DNA of 64,000 nt, taken from the NCBI GenBank assembly GCA_963737905.1, contig CAVTUQ010000009.1, forward strand, positions 215,738-279,737. Reading direction: 5' to 3'. Source of the stretch: an uncultured delta proteobacterium. GTDB lineage: Bacteria; Desulfobacterota; Binatia; UBA9968. The first letter of the stretch is position 1; each line of letters opens with the position of its first letter. Position numbers and translations under genes: made by a program. The notes beneath the pieces are model-generated. The model was given only the letters and a program-made list of their open reading frames with translations, made no database searches and had not been told where the DNA came from. This document shows, piece after piece, positions 62,219-64,000 of the stretch.

Positions 62219-63094
62219 CTAGCTCTTCAGATACTTGTTGAAAAACTCCAGCGTCCGTGCCCAGGCTTCCTTCGCCGCCTCTTCCCGATAACTCCGTGGG
62301 TTCGTATCGCTATTGAATGAATGCGGAGCGCCGGGGTAGATCTTGTACTCAAAAGACTTGCCGTATTTTTTCATTGTCTCTTCGAGTTTCGGGACGCCCG
62401 ATGTGATCCGCTCATCCGCTCCACCATATTGACCCAAAACGGGAGCGGTAATGTTTTTCACATCTTCGAGGTTTCGCGGATTGTCGCCATAGTAAATCAC
62501 GGTCGCCGCGAGGTCTTTGGTCCGGGTTGTAAACAGCAGAGCCTTGCCTCCTCCCCAACAGAAACCGATAACGCCGATTTTGTTGGGGCGGACAAAATTC
62601 TGCCCTTTGAGATAATTTGCGGTGGCGGCGAGATCCGCTGTGATGACCTCTTCGTCTACCTTGAGGAGCGTTTCGGTCGCCGCCTCTGGGTTCGGAAACG
62701 AGGCAGTTCCTCCATGCCGGGACAACAGGTCAGGCGCCAACGCAACATAACCGGCTGTTGCAAGCCTTCGAGCCACGTCCCGTATGTGATCGTTAATACC
62801 GCGCCATTCATGTATGACAATTACAGCGGGCCGTCGATTATCTCCCTTGGGCCGGCTCAGATAACCGCTGATGGCCGCACCATCACCCGCGTTGTATTTG
62901 ACCTCGGTGGATGTCAGCGCCGGATCGTTGGGATCTACCTGTGCCGCATAGCTGGTTGTCGGCACGATCGAATCGACCAGTGCTGTCGCACCCGCGATAC
63001 TGCCGGCGATCACAGCTCCCAGCCGGATAAACTCGCGGCGGTTAATGGCTCCGCTCGCGTGCGCCTCGGCCAATTCCTTGATCGTCCTATCCAC
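62219..63094 (-). CDS. Dienelactone hydrolase family protein with twin-arginine N-terminus
   Basis: NRREF; VIHEWRG, GFCWGG, YPGAPHSF. Confidence 0.92.
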   Translation of the reverse strand: MDRTIKELAEAHASGAINRREFIRLGAVIAGSIAGATALVDSIVPTTSYAAQVDPNDPALTSTEVKYNAGDGAAISGYLSRPKGDNRRPAVIVIHEWRGINDHIRDVARRLATAGYVALAPDLLSRHGGTASFPNPEAATETLLKVDEEVITADLAATANYLKGQNFVRPNKIGVIGFCWGGGKALLFTTRTKDLAATVIYYGDNPRNLEDVKNITAPVLGQYGGADERITSGVPKLEETMKKYGKSFEYKIYPGAPHSFNSDTNPRSYREEAAKEAWARTLEFFNKYLKS

Positions 63095-63172
63095 GGTTTC
63101 CTCTCCTGGATAACGGCCCTTAAATCGGTTCTGACGAGTGTCACACAGCCTGTAATAACATCAGTCTCCCCG

Positions 63173-64000
63173 CTAACTTTCCAGATGTTTCTTAAAAAAC
63201 TCCAAGGTCCGGTCCCAGGCATCCTTTGCGGCCTCGGGGCGATAACGATCCGCACGAACGTCGCTGTTGAACGCGTGCGGTGCGTCGGGGTAAATCTTGT
63301 AATCGTACGACTTGCCGTTTTTTTTCATCTCCTCCGCGAGCCTTGGCACCTGCGATGAAATCGGCTTATCCAGCTCTCCGTAGTTACCCAAGACGGGCGC
63401 GGTAATGTTCTTGACCCCATCGAGGTTCTGCGGGATCGGCCCGTAATATATAACCGTCGCGGCCAGGTCCTTGCTCTGGGTCGCGAAAAGGAAAGTTTTA
63501 CCGCCGCCCCAACAAAATCCGATAACACCAATCTTATTGGGCTGGACGAAACTCTGACTCTTGACATAGTTTTGAGCGGCCATTAAGTCTTGCATCAGGT
63601 TGTCGTCGCTCAGTTTCGAAATTGCTTTCGCCACCGCTTCCCGATTAGGGAACGAGCTAGTGCCACCCTCACGCGACACGACGTCCGGCACGATAGCAAC
63701 GTAACCAGCTTTGGCCAGTCTCCGGCCGACGTCTCGATTATGATCGTCGAGCGCCGAGTTGTCAGAGACCACGATCACTGCCGGCCGTCTACCATCGCCT
63801 TTCGGACGGGTGACGTAGGCACCAATAGACGCACCATCGGCTGAGGCAAATTTAACATCGGCCGATATCAGTGCTGGATCATTCGGATCGACCTGAGCGG
63901 CATGTGCGAGGGACGGACTAAGCGAATGGAGCAACGACGACGCAACAGCCACACTGCCGGTCCAGAGCACGGCCCGTTGCATAAACTCCCGGCGCGTAAT
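63173..64000 (-). CDS. Dienelactone hydrolase paralog (5' end outside the window)
   Basis: Frame open to the window edge (ITRREFMQR); GFCWGG, YPDAPHAF. Confidence 0.9.
   Translation of the reverse strand: MTRREFMQRAVLWTGSVAVASSLLHSLSPSLAHAAQVDPNDPALISADVKFASADGASIGAYVTRPKGDGRRPAVIVVSDNSALDDHNRDVGRRLAKAGYVAIVPDVVSREGGTSSFPNREAVAKAISKLSDDNLMQDLMAAQNYVKSQSFVQPNKIGVIGFCWGGGKTFLFATQSKDLAATVIYYGPIPQNLDGVKNITAPVLGNYGELDKPISSQVPRLAEEMKKNGKSYDYKIYPDAPHAFNSDVRADRYRPEAAKDAWDRTLEFFKKHLES

Noticed and set aside
62321-63358. Long antisense ORFs (also 1192-2124, 4186-5028, 25550-26491, 41952-42800)
   Set aside because: They shadow well-supported genes on the opposite strand and show no recognisable motifs.

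Overview
Gene-dense bacterial window, moderately GC-rich, with about 55 CDSs. No rRNA, tRNA, CRISPR array, transposase or integrase was seen. Content is dominated by 10 solute-binding proteins with no permease or ATPase gene, four amidohydrolases, cupins, three dienelactone-hydrolase-family proteins, a glyoxylate shunt (long ICL2-type aceA plus glcB) and a CP-ATP-grasp/alpha-E + transglutaminase locus. This mix suggests, by inference only, a Binatia/deltaproteobacteria-like genome. Highlights: (1) a four-helix-bundle gene bracketed by inverted TATGGCN heptamer arrays, with a gene-less copy of the same cassette 1.3 kb away and a near-identical 71-bp hairpin copy 16 kb further on, nested in another TIR-bounded element, i.e. 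a candidate undescribed mobile or repeat system; (2) a stand-alone grdE-grdB pair in which GrdB is a selenoprotein (in-frame UGA plus SECIS-like hairpin) with UxxC changed to UxxS and no grdA/C/D nearby; (3) several other inverted arrays with 7-, 8- and 9-nt periods; (4) a three-hairpin RNA candidate with an anti-Shine-Dalgarno loop. Eight frameshifts, all repairable by removing one base, are most likely sequencing errors. All homology calls are from motif recognition; no database search was run.
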